Assembly: GCA_951406725.2 (NCBI GenBank)
Contig: OX597817.1
Span: 67,704,001 to 67,768,000 of the forward strand
DNA from: Octopus vulgaris
Lineage: Eukaryota
DNA: 64,000 bases
Direction: 5' to 3'
A program made the translations under genes and the position numbers. The notes beneath the pieces were generated by a model. The model made no database searches and was not told the origin of the DNA. It worked only from the letters and a program-made list of their open reading frames with translations. This document shows positions 13,244-25,499 of the stretch, in pieces. Each line of letters opens with the position of its first letter. Position 1 is the first letter of the stretch.

Positions 13244-13732
13244 ATATATTGTATAGGCAAAATTAAGTCATTACTAATTGTGATTATATGTGCTACAAGT
13301 TCATATATTGCTAGAAATAACAGTTAAGCCACTTATAGTTGTGAAAAAGCACATTTATATACAGTGACAGGGTAGATAACTGCTCCTTGAGTGAAGCAAA
13401 GCTAGAACATTGCATGGCACAGTTTCTTCCTAATAGGAATGTGAATAAATAAGTATTACATTTGATAAAGTAATCTGAATGCGACAAACATAGCAGTTGA
13501 AATTTTGAGAAATTCAGGAATTGAAATATCGGGCCCAGTTGTGTGTGCCTTTGTGTTTACCTCTACCTGCTCTCCACTTCAATGCTGGTTTGTTTACATC
13601 CCTATAACTTAGTGGTTCAGTGAAGAAGACCAATAGAATAAGTATCAGACTTAAAAATAAGTACTGGGATCAGTGACACTGACTATCTCCCTCCCCTCAA
13701 AATTACTGGCCTTATGCCTAAACCAGAAATCA

Positions 13733-14138
13733 TTATTACCTCCGCCAAGGAAAGAGGTTATGTTTTCATCAGCATTGGTTTGTCCATCTGTCCGTCTGTG
13801 TGCAAAATAACTCAAAAAGTTGTGAACAGTATTTGATGAAACTTGCAGGAAAAGTTGGTAATGACACAAGGATCAGATGATGAAATTTTGGTAGTGATCT
13901 GGGAATTTTTATGGATTCTTGAAGGATTTTTCATTTGTTATATTTACATTACATGAAGTTTTACAATGTTACATTCATTGATTATCTCCCTTGAAAACAT
14001 TCATCATTTCCACGTAACCTATGGTGGCATTGCTGTTTCCAAAGTTCATTATTGTTTCTCTATTAGTAATTTTACTCATGTATCTATCTTAAAAGGAGCT
14101 GCTTGGCGGAGGTCTGCGCTCTCCAAGTGCTTTTCTAG
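13733..14138 (+). mobile_element. Helentron-type non-autonomous element (HINE/DINE-1-like)
   Basis: Subterminal inverted repeats ACCTCCGCCAAG (13738-13749) / CTTGGCGGAGGT (14102-14113), a (GTCC/GTCT) microsatellite near the 5' end, 3' stem-loop GCGCT..AGTGC then TTTTCTAG|TT. Confidence 0.75.
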
Positions 14139-16487
14139 TTATATTTTCATTACTTGTATATAGCCCTCACTTTCTGAAGAACAACTTTGCTCAACTCCTT
14201 CTTCTGCTTCTTTACAACATGAAGAAAAATTATTTTCTGTTTTAACATCTCCTCTTGCTTGGCCAGGTATTTCCAATGAACTTGCCAACTTATTATTTTG
14301 TTTTAATTTTTTTTTTTTTTCTCTTCTTTAAATACCAAAAATTCTTTGCTGAATCATTTTAGTTTTTACCTACATTTTACTTACTTTCCCAGCTTTCTTT
14401 CATCTCAGTTTTGTTCCATTATTTGTAAATACTTCCCTCACGTGGATTTAATGTTGTCTTTCTCTCTCCCTCCCTCTCTCCCTCCCTCCCTCCCTCCCTC
14501 CCTCTCCCCGCACTCTCTCTCATATCTTGATATATTTGCCCTCTCCCTTATTCCCAGTTTCCCTCCTTTCATTCAGTTCAACTGTGTTTCTATTTTTGAT
14601 ACTACTTTCCCTTGCTGTCCATACTTTCATTCATAGCTCTGTTCTTTACTGATTAGGATGGTAGTTCATGTTTTACTCTCATTCTCACAGTTCTGAGTTT
14701 GCTTCCCTCACATACTCACAGACACGCGCACACACACATACACACATTCATTCTCATATATTTCTTTAGAAAAAGCTCTTCAATCAATAATTTCACTTCA
14801 TTTTGTAGAATATTTCAGTCCTGTTGTCTACCTTTCTGACAGGGACAACATATAAAAAAATGTTTTAAAAATCTGCCTTTTTTTTCTTTTTAAAACTAAA
14901 ACAAGGGGAAACAAAGAAAAATAGTTGGAAAAAAAAGTAGTGCTGACCTCACTGTTATATAGTGTTGCCTAAGTACTAATAACCAGAAAAGAAAAAAAAA
15001 ACTTTAAAAAGGTTAATAATGACTGGAATGGCTGTGTGGTAAGAAGTGTCAAGCATTTGTTAATTATTCAGTTCTGTGGATATCTGCAGAAATTGTTGCA
15101 TAGCTTAGTTCTACGTATCTTTGGTTGCCAAGCTCAGGTCTATAGACCATTGTAGTCTAGAAATGGTTACTAGCTAACCTGAGGAAATAAAGTTACTGTT
15201 TGTTCTCAGTTACTAGCCCCAGTCAAGTTAGTATTTTGATAGTAGCATGAAATTAAGGTTTAGAGTTGGGTAGATATCAAGATCTATGATCAATATTTTG
15301 ATCTTTATCTAGGCCTTATATTACAATATCTGAATTTCTCTAAATTTTCAGCTGTCAAATTTGTTCCAGAAGCAGCATCTCTTGTTCTATCCATGTGTCT
15401 CGCTATTTCTCACACCCCACTCTTTCTTGCTAACTGTCAACATATAAGGTGCATGAGCTTATAAAGCATACAGTAATTTTTTAAGCCACAACACTTGTCT
15501 ATCTAAACTTTGACCTTGTGCATATTACAAAATACAAGGTAATTTTCCTAGGCAATTTCTCTTATAGCATGCTTATATAGTATGCTTTATAAGTTGTCAA
15601 ATAAAGTAATATTTTCCAACGTCCAGATCTCTTTGCTAGAAGATTAGAAATGAAGGGGACCACTCTCATCATGACAGTGACACTGTTTTAAAACTATCAT
15701 GCAAAAGACAAAGCAAGGAGACAGAAACATATGCACAAACACACGCATGCATGTGCATGCACGCACACACACACACACACAACAGGTTTCTTTCAGTTTC
15801 CATCTATCAAATCCACTCATATGGCTTTGGTAAGCCTGTAAAAAAAATACTTGCTCGTGGTGCCATTCAGTGGGATAAAACCATTTGTTTGGGAAGCAAA
15901 CTTCTTACTTGACAACCCTACCTGTATCTATAGCCACACCTGCCCCAATAACCATGCCCATGCCTTGAAGCCATGCATCTTGTTTTAATTCTGTGAAGCA
16001 TTTTTATAATATAATTCTAAACCTTATTTTGTTTGTTTACACTGAGCGTAATGACTATGTTGACTTCAAAGTGTATTCCAGTAACAAATAATTGCATCAA
16101 AAATTGATGTTTTAATGGTGTTTCATAAACTGTTGTCACAACAAAACTATCACATTTCAAAATGTTGACGCTCTTGTGCTTTTCTTAAAGATTACTACTG
16201 AATTGCAAGCTCAAAACTAATTGTTGAATGAAGATATTAACTAGTGCCTTGCTTTGGAAAGAGATATACATAAAACTGAAAATGCTTAAACTGAAAGGCA
16301 ATGGGAACATGAAAATTGGGGAATAATTATTGTAGGTATGGCAAAGCACAGACATTGTTGTGTGGTAAGAAACTTGCTTCCCAACCACAAGGTTTTGGAT
16401 TCAATTTCACTGTGTGGTACCTTATCTTCTACAATAGCCCTGGTTTGACCAAAGCCTTGTGGGTAGATTTGGTAGACAGAAATTTAA

Positions 16488-16707
16488 CCTTTTCATTACT
16501 GTATTTATTTTTAGATGCTCTGTGTTTCTTTCAATTACTTTAAATATAACAAAGAATTTAGTAAAATAACTTAGTTATCATTCAGCTAGTGTTAGGAACA
16601 TAAATTGTGACTAAGGTTTGGTGGAAGATTTTAATTCATAACTTATGAAAACAAGACATTTGTACTCAGAGCCAGAGCCGGTTTCAGCCGGGTTGGTAAT
16701 GAAAGGG
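16488..16707. mobile_element. TTAA-target (piggyBac-like) MITE inserted in a SINE; related copy ~38748-38960
   Basis: TIRs CCTTTTCATTAC / GTAATGAAAGGG with TTAA on both sides; it splits a SINE at ...gacagaaat|...|agaagcc. A closely similar internal sequence recurs at 38760-38955. Confidence 0.8.
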
Positions 16708-17668
16708 TTAAAGAAGCCTGTTGTGTACATATGTATATCTGTGTGTGCATATGTTACTGTCTCCTTACCCTGACATCATGTGATAGTTGTAAACTAGTAT
16801 CACCATCAAGCAAGTGGTCCTTCATTTCCAATATTTGGTCAAAACATGTCTGATTATGGTGGAATGTTACCTTGCTTGGGAACAGGTGAGGGTTGGTGGC
16901 AGAAAGGGCATCCAGCTACAGAAAATATCTGCATCAATGAATTCTATCTGATCCATGCAAGCATGGGAAAGTGGACATTAAAATGATGATGATGCTAAAG
17001 GTGTAGAGATAAAATAGTCATAGATCCATTTCTGTTGCAAGCAATTTCATTCATTATGTTCTTGGGTTTAAGCAATTTATTCTACATTGTTTCAGTTCAC
17101 CTGATATCTGAAATATGTATATGATCATCGTCATCAAGAATACTAGCATCTTATCCCTGAGGGGCTTTATTTTTTTATTTGTAGTTGATGTTTAGCTCCT
17201 AGTTTGTTGCGACTGATCAAACTTATGACAAAAATCATTCTGGTTATGTCCATCCTGTCTGATGTTTGAGGGAAATTTAGCAGCTATTTTTAGCATGTTG
17301 TATAACCATAGAGAGGCCATTTTCATAGCTCAATATGTTAGAAACAACTATTGAAACAAAAAGCAAGTCAGCCTTCCAAGGCAGTCCAGTCATGACAGTC
17401 TTGTTTTATTCAGTTATACCATAGTGGGACTACAATATGTACTGTGTTCTTCCTTTTAAGACAGCAAGGTGTGATTAAGACAGTAGAGCATGGTTTGTTG
17501 AAATTTGGCAGCTATTTGGAGCAGGTTCAATGTTCATGAAGATGTTCCTTTGTTGACTCATGTTATACATGTGTGTACATTTATATTTGGTAGGAGGAGA
17601 CCTTTCCCCTAAAATTTCCAATTCTAAATATTGATATGATTTTCATATATTTATTTTCTCTATTTCAG

Positions 17669-20600
17669 TTGATGGAGTACCGTGATGCACCTCCCAGCCC
17701 TTCAACATCAAGTGTCACTTCAGTATCAGCATCTGGTTTGGATGCTCTCAGTTCTCCTACTACCCCAGCTTCTCCTGTACCTGAAGAAATGGATGATGAA
17801 CGTCTTCCAAATGAACTGCTGGAGGAGATATGCGAGGATATGGGCATAAAGGACAGTATGGATATTGATTTAATTGACTACATGATGGACCAGACATCAC
17901 AGATGAACAACACACAAACAAATGAAAACTACTGCAACTCTGTAGATATTACTCATCAAATGCATAGAACACCAGATATGGGAATGGGGATGAAAGGTCC
18001 AATGATGCCAAACTTATCAATGCCAATGGGTAAAGAGAACATTCAGCATATGAGTAGCCCTCATTATCCGCTCATGAACAACGTGTCTTCTTCACTGCCC
18101 CGTCATATGTCTGGGAAACCAATGCATCATGGTAAATCTTCCCAGTCTTACGTTGGTAAAGCAATCAGTGCACCTCTTCACATGCAGTCAGAGCAAGGGT
18201 TCAAAGCTCCTTGCGCTCCAACACAACTAACCTCATCAGTTCCATCAAATTCCACCAATAAACACAGTAACTATCACCCAATGCCTCAAAGTCAACAACA
18301 AACCACTCCCACCAACTGCATGCATTCCTCCTACATGTCATCATCTATGACTCATAGCTGTTGTGGTGGCTCTCATCAACATCATCCACATTGCTCTACA
18401 CCTTCATCGGGAGAAAATTCTAACTTTCATACTCGAACAGTAACCTTTGCTGAAGGCCCACCCAAAATTATGAACCATAACCCCACATCTTCAAAATACA
18501 ATATGGTGGGTATTGGCAGCAGTAATGATGTACACCACCATAACAGTAATAACAACAACAATAACTGTCCTCAATCTCAGAATCACGGACATGCTCCTCC
18601 TGGGAAACCTGAAATGTATCGTCAACATAACTCAGCCTACGCTTTACAGCCTCAGAACAAATATGGCCGTCCCTCACCCCCTGTGGTCAATGTCCAAAAT
18701 ATGCAACACCACATGAAAATGTCGAACAATCATCACAACTTCAATAACACTGCAAAACTATCACATGCAGATTGTTTGCACCAGCCAATGCGTCCTATGT
18801 CGAACTGCAGCTTTAAGTATGATGACCAGCAGTTGGCTGCTTTACAAAAGGGTAACAATGGTAGAACTTTAGAGTCACCCCTTGATCAGGGCTACTTCTC
18901 TGGAGATGCAGCAAGTGTGAAAAGTTACAGTTCACAGTCTTCGGTATGCCAAAGTAACGACATGTTGTCATCACAAGATAGCTTGACCATCAAAACAGAG
19001 CCTTCCCAGCAGCATCACCACCCACAGCAAATGATGTATAACAGGTCGGACATGGCCGGACAATCAGTTGTGAAGACTGAAAACATGATGATGTCTGGTG
19101 CCGCAATGAACCAAAATCAAAGAGAACATCTTTCTAACATGAAGCAATATTCTTCCCAGCAACAAGCTAATGCATATGCTTCCTGCAACAAACAATCATC
19201 TCATCAAGGTTGTATACAGCAATATGGGTTTAATATGTCTACAAATATGTCAACATGTTCATCAGATCCATCACAGAAATCAGTTCAATCTAAAATACTT
19301 CCACGACTCAATCATAGCAAAGATGTGGCTCCCTACACAGTGCCTAGTAACAATGGGCAGGCCACAATTAATCCTTATCATGAATTTTCTCAAGGTGTAC
19401 CCACTTCTGATCAATCTGGTTTGGACAATAATAATGCAGTTGTAGACTTTCCCACCAACTTTGGAAAAGAATCTCTGAATTCTGAACATAATCAGAACCC
19501 TTGCCAAAGAGTTGGTAACTATGGCAGCTCAGATTATACTGGTCAACCCAATGGAAGTTGTATCATGACAAACTCTGACTTTCCTCCATCTAATTCTCAC
19601 TCCTCTAACATCCCACCTCAGCCCTCCCCTAATACTTCTTTCACTAATTACAGATCGCAAGGTAGTGAAATGGGTCAGGCAATGCAACAAACAATGGCCC
19701 ATTCAGGACCGGCTTATCAGAGTGCCTGTTTACCAAAAGGGTTGGAAGCTAACCAGCATTTGCAACATAACGCGGAGCATGTTGGGGGTTACCCTGGGAT
19801 GCCTAACCAGTTAGCACCAATTATGAAACCATTTAAACAAGACCCTGATAGTCAAGGGTATAGTGCTCAAAAACAACCCTATATGCATGATGCTCACATG
19901 ACATCACAGAATCAACTGCCAGCACAATCGTGGTCACAGCAACAACATCATCAGCAACAGCAACAACAGCAGCAGCAGCAGCAACAGTTACATCAGCAAC
20001 AAGGATACCCTCCTATGAATATGAACAATTCTTTACAAATGCATCATTCAAATTCACGCTATATGTGCCCCCGGAGTGCAGTCCGGCCGCCGTCACAGTG
20101 TGTCCAATCATCTGTACCACCTCATTCCATTTCAAACCCCAACATGTCACACATGGAAATTAGAAACAGAGTAGGGATGGATCTTCCATCTAACCATTTA
20201 GGTCCTCACCATCATCCAAACATGCTGAACGGCAATATGCCACCACAGGCATGTCCCCAGGGTAATTGGCCAGTAGATATGGGGAGAGGGGCAAATGTTA
20301 ATCATCAAGTTCCGCAGCCTGTAAATTCAATGCAACCTGTACAAATGGTGCCTCAGGCCAAAATTCCTAATGCTGGACTTCAACATATGCAGTTTCCTCC
20401 GCATTCTGGAGATCCAAACTGTCAAATGGGGGTTTCTACAAACTGTAAGTTTTCTCACCGTCCACCAATGCTGTCTTCGCAAGAAGCATTTATTGAACAT
20501 CTCATCATGGACAAATCTAGTGCTTACCGCTCTCATCCCCTCTTCCCACTGCTCCGGGATTTGATGATTACTTACATGAACTTCAACTCCCAATCCATCC

Positions 20601-20753
20601 ATTACCAACTAATCCAGCATTTACCAAGTCAGTTTGAACGCTTACTTCAAAACTTCTTAAACCGAAACCCACCTCGGGGAGATTACCAAAGCAACTACGC
20701 TGTTGAAAGTGTTATCATGGATGCACTTCGATATGCACACAGTTCTCTCATTG
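17669..20753 (+). CDS. TALE homeobox gene, giant coding exon A (low-complexity N-terminus + start of MEIS/PKNOX-like domain)
   Basis: 3.1-kb open frame in AT-rich DNA. Acceptor ttttctctatttcag|TTG ATG at 17668/9; donor ATTG|gtaagt at 20753/4 (phase 1). Ends with AYRSHPLFPLLRDL...VESVIMDALRYAHSSLI, resembling the MEIS/PKNOX N-terminal domain. ATG 17672 may be the start, or upstream exons may exist. Confidence 0.9.
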
Positions 20754-22929
20754 GTAAGTTCTCAAAGATTTTGATATTATATTTGGACTTTATGATTGAT
20801 ATCCTTACTGGGTAAATTTTTCATTTCTATTCTATTCTAGTCCTTCCAACTTATCTATTTATTATCATATATTGTGATTTGTGCACAATAATAGTGTTAT
20901 TGTTTACAAGTTTCCATTGGGCCCATCACTGTTTCTCTTTATTTCTGACTGTTGGCAGTAACAAAAGAGTGTCTGTTACTTGGTGGGGAAAACAAATACC
21001 ACAAGGCTCTTTGCTTGACAAGCACAATTTCTCTTTTCTCATTAGTGTTAACATCTTTTGCCAGGATACATTGGTGAATGATGCACATGTTTTTATGTCA
21101 CCGACCCACATCTACCACACAGCCATGCCTGTGCCTATAAGTAGAAGACACTTGTCCAAGGTGGCATACTGTAGGACTAAACATGAAACCATGTGGTTAT
21201 GAAGTAAACTTCATGACTACACAGTCAAACCAGTTTTGTTATCATTATCATCATTTAACATCCATTTCCCCTGCTGTCATGGGTTGGACAATTTGACAGG
21301 AGTTGATAAGCCAGAAGACTGCATCAGATTTCACTGTCTATTTTGGCATGGTTTTTACAGCTGAATGCCCATCTTAATGCTAGCCATCTTACAGAGTGGA
21401 TCGAGTGCTTCTTGTGTGGCACCAGCAATGGCAAGGTCTACTTTTGCATGGTTTTTACAGCTGGATGCCTTTCCAAGTGCCAACCACTTTACAGTATGGA
21501 CTGGATGTCACAGGCATAGCTGAATTTCCTTCATAACCATGTAGTTTCAGGTTCTCTCCTGCTGTGTTTACAAGCTAGCCATCTTTGCATGATGTAGTTT
21601 ATGTAAAAAATGGTGATTTTGTGTTTATTTCTCCCAAATAACAATATGTCTTGTAGCTGCACCTTGCAAGGACAAGTGGAATAGAAAGAATGAAAATCTC
21701 TTACTGAAAAACCAGGTAAGGGGAAGACTTGTGACAGGAAGATTATCCAGCTGTCAAATATTGCCTTGAATAAGTCTTCATCAAAGCAAGCCAGCATGGA
21801 AAGGTGGACATAAACACACACACACAGACACATAAAATAATATATATATTAAATATATATATCCAACCCATGCTAGTTTAGGAAATGGATGTTAAATGAT
21901 GATATGTATGATGGGCTTCAATGAAGTTTCCATCAACTAAATTTCACTCTCAGTGTATTGGGCAGCCTGTGATAGGAAGCATTTCCTCAGGTGTTGCAGG
22001 TTGTGAAATTTACTTCTTGACCACACAGCCATGCTCAGAACTAACTTGCTGAAACTTATCCTGTTATTTACAAAAACAAGGATTGTTGTTTGTGGTGGTG
22101 TTGATGGCGACGGCAGTGTGCTTATCTATTTGGCTATTTTGTTTATAATAATTCTTAATTTTGGAGTGTATTTTGTTGACATTGTCATTGAGCTCTCTAT
22201 TGTTTGTGTTCTTCTTGGTGTGTCTGTACCTATAGATAGTCAGAGAGATAGACTGATAGATAGGTAGATAGGTAGCAGTTATATTATTTTACGTATCTGT
22301 TTACATTATATATACACTTTTGAAAGGATGTATATGCGTTTTAGTTCTTATCACCTTCAAGCCACACAGAAATCTCAGAGTAACATCAAAATATTATCTG
22401 CATTCTGTTTCTTTTGCATACTTCTAATTCACTTTTGTGTGAATATGTTTATGTGTGTGTGTGTGTGTATATATATATATAGTTTGCTGTTCCATTAAGG
22501 TAAGATAAACAAAAAAAAGTACTCCATTCAGTGAGAGACACATATCATTTAATGTACATAGTATAAAGATATGAGCTACATATAGTTTTTTGCTTTGTGT
22601 CACCAAATAATCTCCAGGCTCTGAGCACATGGTCTATTCTATTCAGTTTGCAAAGCAGGACACTTGTACAAGGTAATATGAAGAGAAAAAAAAATGAGAA
22701 GCTAGACATGTGAGTGTGTGCACATGCTTGTGTGAAGGTGCGTTGTAGTCTCTTTGTCTCAACATCATGTGATAGTTGTAAACGGGTGTCATTGTCATGC
22801 CAGCAGTGTCCTTTCCAAAAAAAACAAGCTATGGGAAAATATTACCTTGCTTGAGAACTGGTGTAGATTGGCAACAGGAAGAGCAAGCATGGACAAGTGG
22901 CCACTAAAATGATGATGTGTGTGTGTATG

Positions 22930-23045
22930 GCTTGCAGCCATATCACATTGAATGCACTGGTTCTTGTCCAATCTCCAAAGTTAAGCGATGTTGAGCCTAG
23001 TACTTAGATGGGTGACCACTTGGGAAGCCTATGTGTTGTAAGCAT
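22930..23045 (+). pseudogene. 5S rRNA-derived sequence (pseudogene or SINE3 head)
   Basis: GCTTGCAGCCATATCACATTGAATGCACTGGTTCTTGTCCAATC...AAGTTAAGC...TAGTACTTAGATGGGTGACC...TGGGAA...GTTGTAAGCAT is collinear with animal 5S rRNA, with CpG-type decay and a short deletion. Confidence 0.85.
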
Positions 23046-23503
23046 CTTACACTTTGACACATCAAGCTAAGTAAAATCACTGGCTTCCACACTTATCGAG
23101 CTAAGTAAAATCATTGTTTTCGACATATACAGGCTTGTCCTATCAGGTGCCAGTGCCACTTAAAAAGCACAAGTGATTGGCTTTAGGAAGGGCATCCAAC
23201 TGCAAAAAACCATGCCTCAATAGACAGTTGGAGTCTGGACAGCCCCATGTCAAACCGTCCATCCCATGCCAGCATGGAGAGCAGAATTTAAACGGTGATG
23301 ATGATGGTGATATACATATATATATATATATACAAATTGAGATAGGGGTTGTAAATGCAACCCTCTATGGGATAACGCATATCCAATATACTGCTAGTGA
23401 AGTACCCAACAAAGTTAATACATAAATGTTAATGATTGCGATGCAATCAATTCATTTACTGTATTATATGGGCAAAGGTAAAATGATTTACCACAAATTA
23501 TTA

Positions 23504-23689
23504 ATACAAGATAAGAAAATGGAGAAACACATCCAAATCAAATATCAATTACCAGATAATACTCAATCACATACTTTATTAAACTACCCTACAGTCTCTT
23601 ATGTGGTGGTTTAATAAAGTATGTGATTGAGTATTATCTGGTAATTGATATTTGATTTGGATGTGTTTCTCCATTTTCTTATCTTGTAT
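23504..23689. repeat. Perfect 81-bp inverted repeat with 24-nt spacer
   Basis: 23504-23584 is the exact reverse complement of 23609-23689 as read by eye; it ends a ~360-bp insert (23331-23689) bounded by (TA)n. Confidence 0.9.
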
Positions 23690-23996
23690 ATATATATATA
23701 TATATATATATACAAGCATCTAAGTCAAATAGTCTGGTTCTGTGTATATGCAAATTGTTTTCTACTCAAACTTTCATTTTCATGCACAAATAGGAATTTA
23801 TGTGCCTTGTTTTCCAAAAACTTGATAAAAAGTTATTATGGAGATTCAGCTTGCTGTACACCTGTAATTGAGGATTTGTGTATATATGTATCTGCATGTG
23901 TGTGTGTGTGTATGTGCATATATATATATGTAAGGGTAATCCCTTACTATTTACAAAAAGTATATATTTATATGTATGTGCATGTCTTTCTCTCTC

Positions 23997-24044
<48 letters not shown>

Positions 24045-24307
24045 GCACATGCATAGAGAGAGAGCTGGTGGGTGGAGATATGAAAACATTCTAGACCAAT
24101 GAAGATATCAGCTGCATTTTGTGGCAAAAGATGTTATATTGCTATTCAGTTTGTATTATAAAGCGTTATTTTAATATCAGCTTACTTACTTAGCACACTG
24201 TTTGCATTTTCCATACAGTTACTTTTTTAAGACTATGCAATATATTAAAATTATTGCAGTAATTTCTTTTTAAACACTTCACCATTGCCTTGCTTCTAAA
24301 TTGTATA

Positions 24308-24630
24308 GTGAGGGCGCGTGGCTTAGTGGTTAGGGCATTCGGCTCATGATCGTAAGGTTGTGAGTTCGATTCCCGGCGACGCGTTGTGTCCTTGAGCAAG
24401 ACACTTTATTTCACGTTGCTCCAGTCCACTCAGCTGGCAAAAATGAGTTGTACTTGTATTTCAAAGGGTCAGCCTTGTCACTCTCTGTGTCACGCTGATT
24501 ATCCCCGAGAACTACGTTAAGGGTACACGTGTCTGTGGAATGCTCAGCCATTTGCACGTTAATTTCACGAGCAAGCTGTTCCGTTGATCGTATCAGCTGG
24601 GACCCTCGTCGTCGTAACCGGCGGAGTCTT
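24308..24630 (+). mobile_element. tRNA-derived SINE family 3 (CORE-like centre), young copy
   Basis: A box TGGCTTAGTGG, B box GAGTTCGATTCC, TGTGTCCTTGAGCAAGACACTT centre, 11-bp TSD TAAATTGTATA (24297-24307, 24631-24641). Relatives ~33170(-), 33925, 42503(-), 58025, 61005, 63523(-). Confidence 0.85.
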
Positions 24631-25228
24631 TAAATTGTATACATGTTATTCTGCTAATTAAAGTGTGTTAAAAATATTCCATGTATATATGTGTATGTGT
24701 GTGTATATATGTGTGTGTGTGTGTGTGTCTATGTATGTATGTAGATGTGTGTGTGTATAACTTCATGAAGCCCTATTACACCCTCATAGAAACCACACTA
24801 TGCTGTCTACTTAGTTCAGACCAATATAAAAAGCATATATTCCCACAAAAATAGCAGCAGCATCAATAGCTATTTTATTTTTCTAACCAATGAAGGAGAT
24901 TCTCCATAAGACTGTACAAACTTGCTAGAAATGACAACCTAATCACCCTCAAATATTTGCATAGATATTTATTGGAAAAAAGGAAGTGCACTTTGGAGTG
25001 TTTTATTATTACCATTTTATTATTAAGGCAGTGATTTGGCACTATTGTTGACATGCCAGCCAAATGCTTAACGGCCTTATGTTCTGCAATCTAATTCTGC
25101 CAAGGTTGACTTTGCCTTTCATCCTTTTGGGGTCGATGAATTAAGTACCAGTGAAACACTGTGGTTGATGTAATCGACTAGTCACCTCACCCCAAATTTC
25201 AGGCCTTGTGCCTTTAGTAGAAAGGATT

Positions 25229-25262
<34 letters not shown>

Positions 25263-25499
25263 AGGCAGTGATCTGGCAGAATCATTAGCATGCTAGGCAA
25301 AATACTTAGCACTATTTTATTTATCTTTATGTTCTATGGTCAAATTCCACTGAAGTTGACTCTGACGTTCATCCTTTCACAGTTAATTAAATAAGTACCA
25401 GTTGAGCACTGGGGTTGATGTAATCAACTACTCCCAGGCCCCAAAATACGAAGCCTATAGTAGAAAAGATTGCTGTTTTTCTTGTTAATTATTATTGTT

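Noticed and set aside
17636-17668. ORF-track start MIFIYLFSLFQ
   Set aside because: It is the polypyrimidine tract and AG acceptor of the intron.
20754-20815. ORF read-through GKFSKILILYLDFMIDILTG*
   Set aside because: Follows a consensus G|gtaagt donor; the domain continues in exon B. Intron retention cannot be shown from sequence.
24311-24385. tRNA gene
   Set aside because: A and B boxes are present but it runs into SINE body and is bounded by a TSD; no acceptor stem.
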